NCBI GenBank assembly: GCA_046735395.1
Contig: JBJKQR010000044.1
Span: 1-16,667 of the forward strand
Length of the DNA: 16,667 bases
Source of the DNA: Fidelibacterota bacterium
Lineage (GTDB): Bacteria > Fidelibacterota > Fidelibacteria > Fidelibacterales > DSDE01
Direction of reading: 5' to 3'
In this document: piece by piece, positions 16,027 through 16,667 of the stretch
Layout of the letters: every line of letters begins with the position of its first letter
Numbering within the stretch: the first letter of the stretch is position 1
Program-made: the position numbers and the translations under genes
Notes under the pieces: generated by a model
Seen by the model: the letters and a program-made list of their open reading frames with translations, nothing else
Told to the model about the DNA's origin: nothing
Databases searched by the model: none

Positions 16027-16113
16027 CAGCGGCTGAGTGGTATCATTCGGTGACTGAGTGGTATCACCCGGTGGCTGAGCGGTATCACTCGGCGGCTGAG
16101 CGGAGTCGAAGCC
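16027..16113. repeat. 21-bp tandem repeat x4, ending in a CTGAGCGGAGTCGAAG REP-like motif
   Basis: Units cagcggctgagtggtatcatt / cggtgactgagtggtatcacc / cggtggctgagcggtatcact / cggcggctgagcggagtcgaa start at 16027, 16048, 16069 and 16090. Confidence 0.85.
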
Positions 16114-16117
16114 AGCT

Positions 16118-16142
16118 GTCATTGCGGGCTTGACCCGCAATC
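16118..16142. repeat. REP-like hairpin GTC-ATTGCGGG-CTTGA-CCCGCAAT-C
   Basis: Perfect 8-bp stem spanning 16121-16141 with a 5-nt loop and no U-tract. Confidence 0.65.
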
Positions 16143-16211
16143 TGCTTTACGTGTTGCGAGGATGACGATAAAATCAAGACGTGAGTGACAATTATCCTTC
16201 GGTTAAAACGA

Positions 16212-16272
16212 TTACAGACGTTGCATGCAACGTCTCTACCGAAATTCTATAGACGCGGAGAGTTCCGCTTCT
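16212..16272. repeat. GTAG-family REP-like palindrome followed by a degenerate second copy
   Basis: Perfect 20-bp palindrome AGACGTTGCATGCAACGTCT (16216-16235) followed by CTAC, so the minus strand reads GTAG-AGACGTTGCA. A second imperfect hairpin, AGACGCGGA-GAGT-TCCGCTTCT, lies at 16251-16272. Confidence 0.7.
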
Positions 16273-16317
16273 TCCCCATCTACTCGTCAACTCATCAACG
16301 CCCCAACATTTTTCCCC

Positions 16318-16346
16318 TTGCCCGATTCCCTTGTTTTGGTTACTTT
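16318..16346 (+). promoter_or_regulatory. Candidate sigma70-type promoter for the downstream lipoprotein gene
   Basis: TTGCCC (16318-16323), 17 nt, TACTTT (16341-16346), about 75 nt upstream of the GTG at 16422. Confidence 0.35.
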
Positions 16347-16421
16347 GACCGCGGTTTAAATCTTTGGCTATGAAAATCACAACGCCGGGTTCGTGTGCGG
16401 CGGGGAAGAAACGGAGTGGGT

Positions 16422-16667
16422 GTGAGCAGAGGACTGAAAAGAGCAGGACTGAAAACGGGCCTGATTCTGCTGGCAGGATCTGTCCTGAACAGCTGTTTTC
16501 TCTATAACGACGAGGAGAAGCCTGTGGACTACGGCCTCACACTGGAAGCGGTGGATGTGGTCTGCACGGATGCCACATTTAAAGTAGCCAGGAGCCGGGA
16601 GGCAGGAGTCAGGGGAGAGGGGCTGCGGGTGGGCCTGTTCAGGGATGACAGCCTGGTGGTGACGGAT
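16422..16667 (+). CDS. Putative lipoprotein of unknown function, 5' part only (runs off the window)
   Basis: GGAG 5 nt before the GTG. Open for 82 codons to the window end: MSRGLKRAGLKTGLILLAGSVLNSC-FLYNDEEKPVDYGLTLEAVDVVCTDATFKV... Basic N-region, hydrophobic H-region and lipobox LNSC. Absent from the ORF track because there is no stop codon in the window. Confidence 0.7.
   Translation, partial: MSRGLKRAGLKTGLILLAGSVLNSCFLYNDEEKPVDYGLTLEAVDVVCTDATFKVARSREAGVRGEGLRVGLFRDDSLVVTD

Noticed and set aside
16027..16113. Mini-CRISPR or lambda-operator-like (TATCAC) array
   Set aside because: The units are contiguous with no spacers, the half-site spacing does not match 17-bp lambda operators, and there is no phage context.
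15916..16380. Short ORFs 15916-16140, 16185-16373 and 16192-16380
   Set aside because: They run through REP-like and tandem repeats (the TAQPP periodicity simply reflects the 21-mer), and there is no independent coding evidence.

Overview
Bacterial genomic DNA from a diderm organism (outer-membrane beta-barrel, lipoproteins, RND pump). The left 10 kb is a tightly packed five-gene minus-strand operon. In transcription order it encodes: (1) a 1457-aa membrane sensor (periplasmic-binding-protein domain, Cache-like domain, HAMP, two PAS, PP2C/SpoIIE phosphatase, RsbW-like kinase); (2) a STAS anti-anti-sigma-type protein; (3) a TPR + YaiO-like outer-membrane beta-barrel; (4) a degenerate GGDEF fused to an Asp-to-Glu pseudo-receiver; (5) a HEAT-repeat/processive GT2 synthase fusion. 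Together these look like a self-contained, partner-switch-controlled exopolysaccharide synthesis and export system with no sigma factor gene in view. A tandem HD-[HD-GYP] phosphodiesterase is transcribed divergently, with a Pho-box-like direct repeat in the shared intergenic region. It is followed by an RND adaptor/permease pair lacking an outer-membrane factor, a mosaic of REP-like palindromes and tandem repeats, and the 5' end of a lipoprotein gene missing from the ORF track. A ~37-bp-period repeat array lies just 3' of the GT2 gene. All domain calls come from motif reading by eye; no searches were run.
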